A DNA stretch of 64,000 nucleotides, taken from assembly GCA_038244715.1 (NCBI GenBank), contig JBBRTE010000011.1:75386-139385 (forward strand), in the 5' to 3' direction. This DNA is from Thermoanaerobaculia bacterium (GTDB lineage: Bacteria; Acidobacteriota; Thermoanaerobaculia; Gp7-AA8). Below, piece by piece: positions 29,657-39,846 of this stretch. The notes beneath the pieces were generated by a model. That model saw only the letters and a list, made by a program, of their open reading frames with translations. It did no database searches and was not told the DNA's origin. The translations under genes were made by a program, and so were the position numbers. The first letter of the stretch is position 1. Each line of letters starts with the position of its first letter.

Positions 29657-30535
29657 TTAGGCGAAGCTTTCGACGCGCCGGGCCGCGACGGCAGGAGCGC
29701 CATCCTCGGCTTCGGCCGCACTCAGGATCTGCTCGACGAATCGCGAGTGCAGGGCGTGACCGGCCTTGTACGCCGTGATCTCACCGACGACCGGCCGGCC
29801 GATCAGCGCCAGATCGCCGATCAGGTCGAGGATCTTGTGCCGGACGAACTCGTCGCGGAAACGGAGAGGGCCGTTCATCACTCCACCCTCATCGAGCACG
29901 ATGCAGTTTTCGACGGAACCGCCGCGAGCAAGTCCCGCCGCGCGGAGCTTGTCGACCTCATGCTTGAAGCCGAACGTACGGGCGGGAGCGATTTTCTTGA
30001 GGAAGTCGTCCCGGTGGAAATCGAACTGCAACGCCTGCTTACCGATGGTCGGATGGGCGAAATCGATCTTGTACTTCACGACGAGACGGTTTGCCGGGGT
30101 GATGCGGATGCTTCGGTTTCCGTCGGAAACCTCGATCGGTTGGTTGATTCGCAGCACGCGGATCTCGGCGGAGAGCTCACGGATGCCGGCCGCATCGATC
30201 AAATGCATGAACGGCAGCGCGCTTCCGTCGATGATGGGAACCTCGGGACCGTTGATGTGGATGTCCAGGTCGGTGATGCCGCAAGCCATCACCGCCGACA
30301 GCAGGTGCTCGACGGTTCCGACGGAGACATCGTCGCGGCCAACGGTCGTCGCGTGGTCGAGAGCCGTGGTCGATGCCTGCAGGGCAGGAATCCGCAACCC
30401 GAGGTCGGCGCGGACGAACGTGATGCCGCTGCCCGCGTGCGCTGGATGAAGCTCAACCTTCGTGTAGATGCCGGAGTGGAGACCGATGCCAGTGATGCTG
30501 ACTTTGGTGTTGATTGTCTTCCGTTTAACGTACAT
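29657..30535 (-). CDS. lpxC: UDP-3-O-acyl-N-acetylglucosamine deacetylase
   Basis: 'KRKTINTKVSITGIGLHSGIYTKVELHPAHAGSGITFVRADLG...HLLSAVMACGITDLDIHINGPEVPIIDGSA' is the LpxC signature. The start is at 'MYVKRKT'. Confidence 0.85.
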   Translation of the reverse strand: MYVKRKTINTKVSITGIGLHSGIYTKVELHPAHAGSGITFVRADLGLRIPALQASTTALDHATTVGRDDVSVGTVEHLLSAVMACGITDLDIHINGPEVPIIDGSALPFMHLIDAAGIRELSAEIRVLRINQPIEVSDGNRSIRITPANRLVVKYKIDFAHPTIGKQALQFDFHRDDFLKKIAPARTFGFKHEVDKLRAAGLARGGSVENCIVLDEGGVMNGPLRFRDEFVRHKILDLIGDLALIGRPVVGEITAYKAGHALHSRFVEQILSAAEAEDGAPAVAARRVESFA

Positions 30536-30700
30536 GTCCGTGGCCGTTAAGAGCAGAGGAAGTGCCACGGCAGCGAAACGCGGTAAAAACGAAAGGAAGC
30601 TGTTTGTTTTCAACAGTTGCGCCTTTCGGATGACCGGCGCTTCGTTTCGATTCTGTGGTGCTGTTGGGTCAGGATTGTGGTCTAAACGACACACCCTGAG

Positions 30701-31168
30701 TCATCGCTGCTTCATCGCGACGGCGGCCTCGCGGTCGGCTTCCCGTGCTTTTTCCGTCGCTCGCTTGTCGTAGAGCTTCTTGCCACGGACGACCGCGATC
30801 TCCACTTTCACCTTCCCCTTCTTGAAATAGAGGCGCAACGGAACGACCGTCAGACCCTTTTCCACGACCTGCTCGCGGAACTTTTCAATCTCGCGATGAT
30901 GCAGAAGGAGCTTCCGGTTTCTCTCCGCCTCGTGGTTCTGAAGGTTGCCGTGCGAGTAGGGAGAAATGTGCGCGTTGAAGAGAAACGCCTCGCCGCCCTT
31001 GAAGATGACGTACGAATCCTTGATATTCGCTTTCCCATCGCGCAGCGATTTGACCTCGGTGCCAGTAAGAGACACCCCCGCCTCGAGCTTCTGCAGCACG
31101 AAGTAGTCGTGAAAGGCCTTCTTGTTCGAGGCGATCAGCTTCTCGCCGGGATCGGGCTTTGTCGCCAT
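30701..31168 (-). CDS. smpB: SsrA-binding protein
   Basis: 'KLIASNKKAFHDYFVLQKLEAGVSLTGTEVKSLRDGKANIKDSYV' is the canonical SmpB sequence. The size is 155 aa. Confidence 0.9.
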   Translation of the reverse strand: MATKPDPGEKLIASNKKAFHDYFVLQKLEAGVSLTGTEVKSLRDGKANIKDSYVIFKGGEAFLFNAHISPYSHGNLQNHEAERNRKLLLHHREIEKFREQVVEKGLTVVPLRLYFKKGKVKVEIAVVRGKKLYDKRATEKAREADREAAVAMKQR

Positions 31169-31282
31169 GGGCCGCGGATTCTATTCGATGACAGGCCCCC
31201 GACTCGCCGGTGAGGCCGCTGGCGCCACGCCATCGAGGGTTACCTACGTTATGATCCGCGCGCTTTTCCGAGGGGTGCGTTC

Positions 31283-32341
31283 ATGGCGAAGAAGAACATC
31301 GTTCACGTGGTCGGGACCGGCACGATCGGAGAGCCGCTGATCGGGCTCTTTACCGATTTCAAAGACAAGTGGGGCATCGACGAAGTCACGTTTCACAAGC
31401 GCACACCGAAAGCCGATGACCGGGCCATGGTCGAACATCTCATCAACCACGGCGCGAAGCTCGTGGTCGACGAGGATGCCCGCGAGGAGTTCACGCGACT
31501 GGGCCATCGCGTCTCGTTCACGACCTCCGAAGCACTCGACCGCTCCACGGTCGTCGTCGACTGCACTCCCGCCGGCAACGACAACAAGGCCCGGTATTAC
31601 GACCGCTGCAGTGGTCCGAAAGGATTCCTGGCGCAAGGCTCGGAATTCGGCTTTGGACGGCCCTACGCCCGCGGTATCAACGAAGAGGTGCAGTCACCGG
31701 ACGAGCGATTCGTGCAGATCGTCTCGTGCAACACCCACAACATCTCGGTCCTGCTGAAGACGATCGCCTCGCGCTCCGGAAAGATCAGCCTGAACGCGGG
31801 CCGCTTCGTCTGCATGCGCCGCGCGAATGACGTCTCCGACTCGAAGGGCTTCATCGCGGCACCGGAGGCGGGCAAGCACGATGATCCGGAATTCGGCACC
31901 CATCACGCTCGGGATGCCTATCACCTCTTCCAGACCGTCGGTGAGAAGCTCAACCTGTTCTCCTCCGCGATCAAGATCAACACGCAGTACATGCACACTC
32001 TCTGGTTCGACCTCGATCTCAACCACGACACGACGATGGAGGAGGTCAAGTCGCTGATCCGCTCCAATCCGCGCGTGGCCTGCACGAACAAGCGCTCGGT
32101 GAACCAGATCTTCTCGTTCGGCCGTGACCACGGCTACTTCGGCCGGATCCTCAACCAGACGGTCATGCCGATGTCGACGCTCACGGTTCCGAACGCCCGC
32201 AAGGTCGTCGGATTCTGCTACACGCCGCAGGATGGGAATTCGCTGCTCTCGTCGATCGCGGCGACCCTCCGTTTCCTCGATGTCTCCAAACTCGAAGAGA
32301 ACCTGGACGTGCTGCGGCCCTACATTTTCCGGGAAATCTGA
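31283..32341 (+). CDS. type II (archaeal-type) NAD(P)-dependent glyceraldehyde-3-phosphate dehydrogenase homologue
   Basis: Rossmann motif 'VVGTGTIGEPL'. 'VVVDCTPAGN'. Catalytic 'IVSCNTHNISVLL' corresponding to archaeal 'VVSCNTTGL'. 'RRANDV', 'GTHHARDA' and 'MHTLWFDL' are collinear with archaeal GAPDH. Confidence 0.6.
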   Translation: MAKKNIVHVVGTGTIGEPLIGLFTDFKDKWGIDEVTFHKRTPKADDRAMVEHLINHGAKLVVDEDAREEFTRLGHRVSFTTSEALDRSTVVVDCTPAGNDNKARYYDRCSGPKGFLAQGSEFGFGRPYARGINEEVQSPDERFVQIVSCNTHNISVLLKTIASRSGKISLNAGRFVCMRRANDVSDSKGFIAAPEAGKHDDPEFGTHHARDAYHLFQTVGEKLNLFSSAIKINTQYMHTLWFDLDLNHDTTMEEVKSLIRSNPRVACTNKRSVNQIFSFGRDHGYFGRILNQTVMPMSTLTVPNARKVVGFCYTPQDGNSLLSSIAATLRFLDVSKLEENLDVLRPYIFREI

Positions 32342-32517
32342 TCCTCGTTTCGCGGGATCCCCGAGGCTGGTACCACGGTTGCGAACGCTGCGGCGTCGAC
32401 CCGACGGTCTTCGGTGGCTGGTGCTCATCATCCTGACCCTGCTCGCACCAAATCGCGGAAATGCTGTGTCCGTGGCAGCGTGGCAATCGTCCGCCGATTT
32501 GAGCTAGAGTCGCGGCC

Positions 32518-33381
32518 ATGGCGTGGTTCCGGAAAGAGAAAAAGCCGAAGGAAGCGGTCGAGAAGCAGGTGGCGATCCCGGAAGGTCTCTGGGTCAAGTG
32601 CGATGACTGCAAGGAGATCGTCTACCGCAAGGAAGTCGAGCAGAACCTCAACGTCTGTCCGAAGTGCGGGTATCACTTCCGTCTCAGTGCGCGTGAGCGG
32701 TTCGAGATCCTTTTCGACGACGGCAAGTACAAGGAATTCGCCTCGGACATCCGGTCGGCCGACCCCCTCGAGTTCCGCGATACGAAGCGGTATCGAGATC
32801 GCTTGAAGGTCTACGAGGCCCGCGTCGGAAAAGGTGACGCGGTTCTCTGCGCGGAGGGGAAACTCGACGGCATCAGCGTCGTGATCTGCGCCATGGAGTA
32901 CGCCTTCATGGGCGGTTCGATGGGATCCGTCGTCGGCGAAAAGATTACGATCGCCGCCGAGCGGGCACTGGAGAAAAAGGAGCCGCTGCTCATCGTCTCG
33001 ACCTCGGGCGGCGCGCGCATGCAGGAAGGGATCCTCTCGCTGATGCAGATGGCGAAGATCTCCGCGGCCCTGGCCCGGCTGGCCGAGGCACGGCTGCCCT
33101 ACATCTCGATCCTGACGGACCCGACCACCGGAGGCGTGACGGCGTCGTATGCGATGCTGGGCGATCTCAACATCGCGGAGCCGAAAGCACTGATCGGATT
33201 CGCGGGCCCGCGCGTTATCGAGCAGACCATCCGCCAGACGCTGCCCGAGGGGTTCCAGCGGGCCGAGTTTCTGGTGGAGCACGGGATGATCGACCTCATC
33301 ACGCCTCGCGCAGAGATGAAGCCGGCGCTCGGGCGCTTCCTCCGTATGTTCAGCGGAAAGAAGCGCGAAGCCGTGTCGTGA
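32518..33381 (+). CDS. accD: acetyl-CoA carboxylase carboxyltransferase subunit beta
   Basis: N-terminal zinc ribbon 'VKCDDCKEIVYRKEVEQNLNVCPKCGYHFRL' followed by the carboxyltransferase domain. Confidence 0.9.
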   Translation: MAWFRKEKKPKEAVEKQVAIPEGLWVKCDDCKEIVYRKEVEQNLNVCPKCGYHFRLSARERFEILFDDGKYKEFASDIRSADPLEFRDTKRYRDRLKVYEARVGKGDAVLCAEGKLDGISVVICAMEYAFMGGSMGSVVGEKITIAAERALEKKEPLLIVSTSGGARMQEGILSLMQMAKISAALARLAEARLPYISILTDPTTGGVTASYAMLGDLNIAEPKALIGFAGPRVIEQTIRQTLPEGFQRAEFLVEHGMIDLITPRAEMKPALGRFLRMFSGKKREAVS

Positions 33382-33385
33382 CGCC

Positions 33386-34606
33386 GTGATCCGCGAGGCC
33401 GTGCTCTGGCTCGATTCGCTCCAGGGCTCCGGAATCCGCCCCGGCCTCGGCCGCATGCGTGCGCTCCTGCGCGCGCTCGGCAATCCCCAGCACGCGGTGC
33501 TGTCGATCATCGTCGCGGGGACCAATGGAAAAGGATCGACGTCAGCCACGCTGGCATCCATCCTCCAGGTCTCCGGCTACCGCACCGGACTCTACACATC
33601 GCCGCATCTCGTCGACCTGCGTGAGCGTTGGGTCATCGCCGGTTCGATGATCGATGAGGCGTCTCTTGCTGCCGCGATCGGCCAGCTTCAGGAAGCCGCG
33701 CGACGTGCGGAGATCGTTCCGACGTACTTCGAAGCGCTGACGCTGATCGCGATCATCGCCTTTGCTGCGGCCGGATGCGACGTGGCAGTCCTCGAAGTCG
33801 GAATGGGAGGCCGGCTCGATGCAACCAACGTGGTACGGCCGCTCGCCGCCGTCATCACTCCAGTCGGATTCGACCACATGGAGTACCTCGGAAATACGAT
33901 CCGGAAGATTGCGATGGAGAAGGCGGGCGTCATTCATCGCGGTGCGGTCGTGCTCACGTCCAACGATGATCCCCGGGTACTCGACGTCATCCGGCGCCGT
34001 GCGGCGAGATTCGACAGCCCGCTTCATGTGGTCACGGGGACGCACGCCACACCCCTGCCGGGAGCCTTTCAGGAACGCAATGCGGCGCTGGCTGTGCGCG
34101 CGGCGGAAGAGCTGCAGCCAGCGCTTCCGAAGATCACGGCACAGTCAATCGAGCGCGGAGTTGCGGCCACGCGCTGGCGCGGAAGGCTCGAAACGATTCC
34201 GTACGGTGCAAAGACCGTCTGGATCGACGGCGGGCACAACGCCCATGCCATCGCGGCGATCGCACCATTTATCCGGGAACACATCGGCGCTCCCCGCCTG
34301 CTTGTGTTCGGGATCATGAGCGACAAGGATCTCGCCGGCGTGACGGCAGCGCTGTTCCCGATGTTCGACCGCATCATCGTCACGGAGCCGTATCCGCCGC
34401 GATCGACGCCGGTAGCCGAGCTGGTGGCGATCGCCGGCGGGATGTCGATCAGAGTCACCGCTGAACCCGAGCCGAAGGCCGCGTTCACGCGCGCGCTGGC
34501 GTCACGCTACAGCTCGATCGTCATCGCCGGGTCGCTCTACCTCGCCGGGGCGGCCATCGAGTTTTTCGATGCGCATCGCAAAGAGCAGCGCGACCAGCAG
34601 CATTGA
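33386..34606 (+). CDS. folC: bifunctional folylpolyglutamate synthase/dihydrofolate synthase
   Basis: 'IIVAGTNGKGSTSATLASIL' is the Mur-ligase P-loop. It lies downstream of accD in the conserved accD-folC order. Confidence 0.85.
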   Translation: MIREAVLWLDSLQGSGIRPGLGRMRALLRALGNPQHAVLSIIVAGTNGKGSTSATLASILQVSGYRTGLYTSPHLVDLRERWVIAGSMIDEASLAAAIGQLQEAARRAEIVPTYFEALTLIAIIAFAAAGCDVAVLEVGMGGRLDATNVVRPLAAVITPVGFDHMEYLGNTIRKIAMEKAGVIHRGAVVLTSNDDPRVLDVIRRRAARFDSPLHVVTGTHATPLPGAFQERNAALAVRAAEELQPALPKITAQSIERGVAATRWRGRLETIPYGAKTVWIDGGHNAHAIAAIAPFIREHIGAPRLLVFGIMSDKDLAGVTAALFPMFDRIIVTEPYPPRSTPVAELVAIAGGMSIRVTAEPEPKAAFTRALASRYSSIVIAGSLYLAGAAIEFFDAHRKEQRDQQH

Positions 34607-36286
34607 CGAGAGAACCCATGACACCACCACCAGCCCACGATGTCGTCCAAACCGAAGCGTGACGGTGCCACTGTGAGGAACGAAGATGCCGAGGCGGTCG
34701 AGATTCACCGGCGTGGTATCGAGCTCGCGACTCTCCATCTGCGCGGACCAGGCGTGGAAGTACGACTGGTCGGCCGCCAGCAGCGCTGGTCCCATCGAGA
34801 CCACCTCGATGACGATCGTCTGTCCATCCCGCGCGGAACGCGTCACCTGCGCGCCTGATGCGGACGTGTACGCGCGCGGCGCAACCGCCGGCGCACCCGC
34901 TTCGATCAGGTTCACAGCATCGGGGATCGCCGGCGCCGCGATGGCCGCCGTGAGGATCGCAGGCGGCGCCGTGGCTACGCGGAGCCACGCCGCGTTGCGG
35001 GTCGTCGCAAAGCGCTCCGCGGCGATCCGCGAAAGCAACGAGTGCATTCCGTCACCGGATCGGTTCAGGACGTACTCGAGACCTTGTGTTGCTCCGAACA
35101 GGGGCTCCCGGCGGCGCGCTCGCTCGCGATAACTCTCCCGATCGATCGTCTGTCCACCCGGCATCGTCGGAAGAAACACACGCCGCGCCATCGTGACCGG
35201 CGCCGCACCGTACGGCGCAAACCAGTCGATGGGGATCAGGAAGAACGCCCAGACCAGCAGAGGCACGAAGGTCACGATGGCCCAGATCCGGGGAGTTTCC
35301 GATACTCGAAAATACTCCGCAGCCAGCACGACGAGCGCAGCGCAGAGAACGAGGGCGAGTTTCTCCGGGAACCTGCCGATCCGCAATGCGCTGCCCGATT
35401 CCACCGCCGCCCGCACGACGGGGTTGAACGAGCCGAGCGCGAAAAACGCCATGAGTACGGCGATCACGGTGTAGCGCGATTTGCGAAACAACGCTGGAAC
35501 GATGATCAACCCGAGCATGAGTGACGGGAAAAGGTGCGGCGCGTCGATGCGGACGAACGGACCGGCCACCAGTTCCAGGATTCGCCGCGGATCGAACGAT
35601 GCGTTCAAAACCGTCCGCGCCGAGTAGCCGTGAGCGCGCTCCACCTCCCCCGCAATCTCGCCGTACGCGATGAGTTGCGGCGCCGCCAGGATCACCGCAA
35701 TGCCAACCGCCATGAGGATCGGCAGGATCCGCATCCGTCCCATCGCAAGGACGACCACAGCGATCGTCGCGGCGACGATCATCACCGGCTCTCCCGCCAG
35801 CGCGAGGAGTCCGAAGGCCAGACCGAGCTGACGGGCGCTGCGGCGTTCCACGGCTAGAAACGCGAACGGCACGAGCGCGACTGCGGTGATGAGGTTGTAG
35901 AACGACAGCGCAGAGATCGCGACGCCGGACAACACCCACAGCCACGCGCCGAAGGGTGAGCGTGTCACCGCCCGCATCGCCAGCCATCCGAGCACGAGGT
36001 GGAGCAGGAAGTGGAGATTGAAGGCGACGTGGGCCGGCAGAATCAGATAGAGGACGTTGTCGGGATAGAACGTCAGCGTGTTGGGATTGCCGGCCAACGG
36101 CTGTCCGCCCCCATCGGCGAAGTTCCACCAAGGGATCTCCCCCGCCCGGAACGCTGCCGCGGAGAGCACCTTGATCGGATAGTGCGTCGAGAAATTGTCC
36201 CGAAAGAACAGGAACCCGAAGGTCACCGCCAGCGCGCAGAAACCAGCGAGCAGGAGCAGAAAAAAGAGCCGCGGACGCACACTCAT
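34502..36286 (-). CDS. large polytopic membrane protein, probably a GT-C-fold glycosyltransferase-like protein
   Basis: At least 12 predicted TM helices with a large C-terminal soluble region. The start was taken at 'MSVRPRLFFLLLLAG', because the upstream part of the 784-aa ORF is antisense to the glyA promoter region and not protein-like. No firm family assignment. Confidence 0.4.
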   Translation of the reverse strand: MSVRPRLFFLLLLAGFCALAVTFGFLFFRDNFSTHYPIKVLSAAAFRAGEIPWWNFADGGGQPLAGNPNTLTFYPDNVLYLILPAHVAFNLHFLLHLVLGWLAMRAVTRSPFGAWLWVLSGVAISALSFYNLITAVALVPFAFLAVERRSARQLGLAFGLLALAGEPVMIVAATIAVVVLAMGRMRILPILMAVGIAVILAAPQLIAYGEIAGEVERAHGYSARTVLNASFDPRRILELVAGPFVRIDAPHLFPSLMLGLIIVPALFRKSRYTVIAVLMAFFALGSFNPVVRAAVESGSALRIGRFPEKLALVLCAALVVLAAEYFRVSETPRIWAIVTFVPLLVWAFFLIPIDWFAPYGAAPVTMARRVFLPTMPGGQTIDRESYRERARRREPLFGATQGLEYVLNRSGDGMHSLLSRIAAERFATTRNAAWLRVATAPPAILTAAIAAPAIPDAVNLIEAGAPAVAPRAYTSASGAQVTRSARDGQTIVIEVVSMGPALLAADQSYFHAWSAQMESRELDTTPVNLDRLGIFVPHSGTVTLRFGRHRGLVVVSWVLSSMLLVALLFAMRIEKLDGRPGEVERPGDDDRAVA

Positions 36287-36316
36287 CGCCCTGCGATTAT
36301 CGGATAAGATCGCCTC

Positions 36317-37603
36317 ATGACTACGACGATTCACGAGGCGCCCGGCGCCGCCACCGGTCACGACTTTCTGCAGCGCACGCTGGACGACGTTGACCCGGAC
36401 ATTGCCGCAGCCATCCGTCTCGAGACCGACCGGCAGAACGACACACTCGAATTGATCGCCTCCGAGAATCATGTCTCGAAGGCCGTCCTGACCGCGATGG
36501 GCTCGGTGTTCACCAACAAGTACGCCGAGGGGTATCCAGGCAAGCGGTATTACGGAGGGTGCGGGCCGACGGACGTCGTGGAGAACATCGCCATCGACCG
36601 CGCCAAACAGCTCTTCGGTGCCGAGCATGCGAACGTCCAGCCTCATTCTGGCTCGCAAGCCAATATGGCCGTTTACTTCAGCGTTCTTAAGCCCGGCGAC
36701 ACGATTATGGGGATGGACCTCTCCCACGGCGGCCATCTCACGCACGGACATCCGCTGTCGTATTCGGGCCGCGATTTCAACGTCGTGGCGTACCACGTCC
36801 GACAGGAAGACGAGCTGATCGACTACGACGAAATGGATCGCCTTGCGCAGGAGCACAAGCCGCGTCTGTTGATCTGCGGCGCGTCAGCCTACTCGCGCAT
36901 CATCGACTTCAAGCGCATTCGCGAGATCTGCGACCGGAGCGGCTCGCTGATGATGGCCGACATCGCACACATCGCCGGGCTCGTCGCCGCGGGCCTCCAC
37001 CCGTCGCCCGTTCCCTACGCCGACTTCGTCACGACGACGACCCACAAGACGCTGCGTGGTCCGCGCGCCGGACTGGTCCTTTGCAAAGCGGAGTACGCGA
37101 AGGATCTCGATCGATCCGTCTTCCCCGGAATTCAAGGCGGACCGCTCGTGCACATCATCGCCGCGAAGGCCGTGGCCTTTCACGAAGCGATGCAGCCCGC
37201 GTTCAAGGAGTACCAGGCACAGATCATCCGCAACGCGAAGGCGCTGGCTCAGGCGGTGGGAAGCGCAGGATTCCGTATCGTCAGCGGCGGCACCGACAAC
37301 CACCTGTTCATGACCGACGTCTTCTCGAAAGGGATCACGGGCAAGGATGGCCAGAACTTCCTCGAGGCCGCGAACATCACTGTCAACAAGAACACGATCC
37401 CCTTTGACACGCAGAAGCCGATGGTCGCCTCGGGCGTTCGCATCGGAACGCCCGCAGTGACGACCCGGGGCCTGCGCGAACCGGAGATGAAGACCATCGC
37501 CGAGTTGATCGCACGCGTCCTCGACGGCAAGGGCGACTCGGGCGTGATTGCGCAGGTTAAGGGAGAAGTGAAGCAGCTCTGCGACCGGTTCCCGATCTAC
37601 TGA
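36317..37603 (+). CDS. glyA: serine hydroxymethyltransferase
   Basis: '[39 protein letters not shown]' is canonical SHMT. The PLP Lys lies in the '[11 protein letters not shown]' region. Confidence 0.9.
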   Translation: MTTTIHEAPGAATGHDFLQRTLDDVDPDIAAAIRLETDRQNDTLELIASENHVSKAVLTAMGSVFTNKYAEGYPGKRYYGGCGPTDVVENIAIDRAKQLFGAEHANVQPHSGSQANMAVYFSVLKPGDTIMGMDLSHGGHLTHGHPLSYSGRDFNVVAYHVRQEDELIDYDEMDRLAQEHKPRLLICGASAYSRIIDFKRIREICDRSGSLMMADIAHIAGLVAAGLHPSPVPYADFVTTTTHKTLRGPRAGLVLCKAEYAKDLDRSVFPGIQGGPLVHIIAAKAVAFHEAMQPAFKEYQAQIIRNAKALAQAVGSAGFRIVSGGTDNHLFMTDVFSKGITGKDGQNFLEAANITVNKNTIPFDTQKPMVASGVRIGTPAVTTRGLREPEMKTIAELIARVLDGKGDSGVIAQVKGEVKQLCDRFPIY

Positions 37604-37626
37604 GTACACGCAGACAACGGCCGCTC

Positions 37627-38316
37627 ATGAAGAAAAAGTTTCCCTACTACCCGATCTACATCGACATCGAAGATCACGCCGTGTTGATCGTCGGCGGCGG
37701 CACCGTCTGTGCCCGCAAGGCAGAGACGATGATGCGTTACGGCGGACGCGTGACGATCGTCAGTCCGGAGATCACCGAGGAGATCGAGGCCTGGGAACGG
37801 GACGGGAAGCTCATGGTGCGCCGAAAACTGTACGAGCTGGCCGATCTGGAAGGCGCCTCGATGGTGATCGCCTCCACCGACGATCGCTGCGTCAACGCAC
37901 GGGTGGCACGAGATTGCCGGCGCCGACAGATTCCCGTGAACGTCGTCGACGTCACGCACCTCTGCGAGTTCATCGTCCCGGCGATCATTGAGAAGGGCTC
38001 GGTCCAGATCGCCGTATCGACCGGCGGCAAGTCGCCGGCCATTGCCCGTACATTGCGAGAGGATCTGCAGCGCTTCGTCGGTCCCGAGTACGCGGAGGTC
38101 AACGATCTCCTCGGCACGCTGCGCAAGTCCGCCAAGCGGGTGCTGCCGACGGACATCGATCGGAAGCGGTTCTTCGACTCGATCATCGCCAGTGGAATCC
38201 TTGACAAACTCCGGGACGGAAAACGCCGCGAAGCCTTCGAGGATGTCGCTCGCGCCTGCGAAGCCAACGGCGTCGCAGTCAGCGACGAGCTTCGCGAGCG
38301 GCTGGCCGGCGCGTAG
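37627..38316 (+). CDS. precorrin-2 dehydrogenase / sirohydrochlorin ferrochelatase (siroheme synthase N-terminal domain, SirC/CysG-N)
   Basis: 'VLIVGGGTVCARKAETMMRYGGRVTIVSPE' is the NAD-binding fold. 'IPVNVVD' and 'QIAVSTGGKSPAIARTLRE' match CysG-N/Met8p. Confidence 0.8.
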   Translation: MKKKFPYYPIYIDIEDHAVLIVGGGTVCARKAETMMRYGGRVTIVSPEITEEIEAWERDGKLMVRRKLYELADLEGASMVIASTDDRCVNARVARDCRRRQIPVNVVDVTHLCEFIVPAIIEKGSVQIAVSTGGKSPAIARTLREDLQRFVGPEYAEVNDLLGTLRKSAKRVLPTDIDRKRFFDSIIASGILDKLRDGKRREAFEDVARACEANGVAVSDELRERLAGA

Positions 38317-38322
38317 CGCACG

Positions 38323-39846
38323 GTGCACAATGCGTCCGTGCGGTTGACGCCTGCTCTCTACGCCCTGCTCGCGCTGCTCGTCGTCCCCGTCTTTCCGCAC
38401 TTCGTCTCGCCCAATGAGATGAGCCGCTGGGCGACGGCAGCGGCGCTCGTCGACCTGCACACCTTCGAGATCACGCCCCTACTCCCACTTCTCGGCGGCA
38501 CCGCCTTCGAGGACGCGTCCGAGGTGAATGGCCGCATCTACTCGAATAAAGCGCCCGGCGCTGCGATCGTGGGCCTTCCCGCGTATGGGATCGCGCGCGC
38601 AGTCGCCGGCCCGCCGTCGGCAGCGACGATGCGCACAACCGGGAACGCAATGCGGCTTCTGGCGGCGACGCTTCCGCTGCTACTCCTCGCATGGGCGGTG
38701 GCGCGGGCGGCGGGAACGCTCGGCGCAAGGCCCGAGCGCATCGAGGTCACGGTGCTCGCGCTCCTGTTCGCGACGCCACTCTTCGCCTACGGTCTGCTGA
38801 ACTTCTCGCACGCGCTGACCGCGGCGGCTCTATTCGGTGCGTGGGTCCTGCTGTTCGTCGAACGACACGACTATGGTGCCGGCGCCCTCATCGGCTTGGC
38901 GACGATCTCCGAGTATCCCTGCGCCATCGCGGGCGCCGTGCTGCTGCTGTGTGCCTGGAGGCGTGCGCCACGCATCCTCGCTGGCGCGCTTCCCTTCGCG
39001 GTCTGTCTCGGGGTCTACAACAAGCTTCTCTTCGGTAGCGTCTTCGCGCTCTCTTCGGGCCATGAGCGGAACGTGCAGTTTCGCTCGCTGGCGCGACAGG
39101 GGCTGTTCGGCATCGGGCTGCCGGAGCCGGGCACGTTGCTGCGACTGCTCTTCGATCCGGCCCGCGGTCTGTTCGTGTTCGCACCGATTCTTCTCGTGGC
39201 CCTGGCCGGACTCATCCGCCTGCGGCGGGTGCTACCGAGCGACGCATTTCTGGCGTTGCTTCTCGTTCCCGCGGCGCTGCTCCTTTTCTACTCGGGCTAT
39301 CCGAACTGGCACGGTGGATGGAGCGTGGGCCCGCGGTATCTCGTCCCCGCCATCCCGTTTCTCCTCTTTCCGCTCGCGTTCACGGCGACGACCGTCGTCG
39401 AATGGATTGCTCTCGGTGCGTCGGTCGCCGCGGTAGTGCCGCTGGCGTTGACCTTTCCCTTCGCCGATCGCAGTTTCGCCGCTCCCTGGTCGACGCTCGC
39501 AAGGCCGCTGCTGCGCGATGGTCTGGTGGCTCCGAACCTCCTGCACCTGGTGGGAGGCCCGCTCGCGATCGCAGTTCCCTTCGCCATCGTCGTGCTCGCG
39601 CTGACCGTTATCGCGAAGCGGAAGATGCTCTTCGTCCTGCTCGGCGTCGCGATCATGTTCGGGATGGGAGCCTGCCTTCCGGCTCCGACGCTCACGACGC
39701 GACTCCGGATCGGCTACATCGAGGAGGTCTACTTCGAGCAGCCCGGTGCGATGGCGCGCGCGCTCGGAGGGTTGCCTGTGCCGCCTCGGGCGCTCTCGCG
39801 CGCGCGAAGCGAGGAAATGCTGCCGCCTACGTCGTGGCCGTTCTGA
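38323..39846 (+). CDS. polytopic membrane protein, GT-C-fold glycosyltransferase-like (PMT/ArnT-like with a degenerate first-loop acidic motif)
   Basis: At least 11 TM helices. The first loop 'SPNEMSRW' sits at the position of the PMT/ArnT DE motif. It is adjacent to a Dpm1-like GT2 and a YfhO-like protein. Confidence 0.4.
   Translation: MHNASVRLTPALYALLALLVVPVFPHFVSPNEMSRWATAAALVDLHTFEITPLLPLLGGTAFEDASEVNGRIYSNKAPGAAIVGLPAYGIARAVAGPPSAATMRTTGNAMRLLAATLPLLLLAWAVARAAGTLGARPERIEVTVLALLFATPLFAYGLLNFSHALTAAALFGAWVLLFVERHDYGAGALIGLATISEYPCAIAGAVLLLCAWRRAPRILAGALPFAVCLGVYNKLLFGSVFALSSGHERNVQFRSLARQGLFGIGLPEPGTLLRLLFDPARGLFVFAPILLVALAGLIRLRRVLPSDAFLALLLVPAALLLFYSGYPNWHGGWSVGPRYLVPAIPFLLFPLAFTATTVVEWIALGASVAAVVPLALTFPFADRSFAAPWSTLARPLLRDGLVAPNLLHLVGGPLAIAVPFAIVVLALTVIAKRKMLFVLLGVAIMFGMGACLPAPTLTTRLRIGYIEEVYFEQPGAMARALGGLPVPPRALSRARSEEMLPPTSWPF

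Noticed and set aside
31283-32341. Possibility that the GAPDH-like protein is an aspartate-semialdehyde dehydrogenase
   Set aside because: Asd has a distinct 'GCST' active site and dimerisation domain. Here the 'SCNTH' block and downstream segments align with archaeal GAPDH instead.
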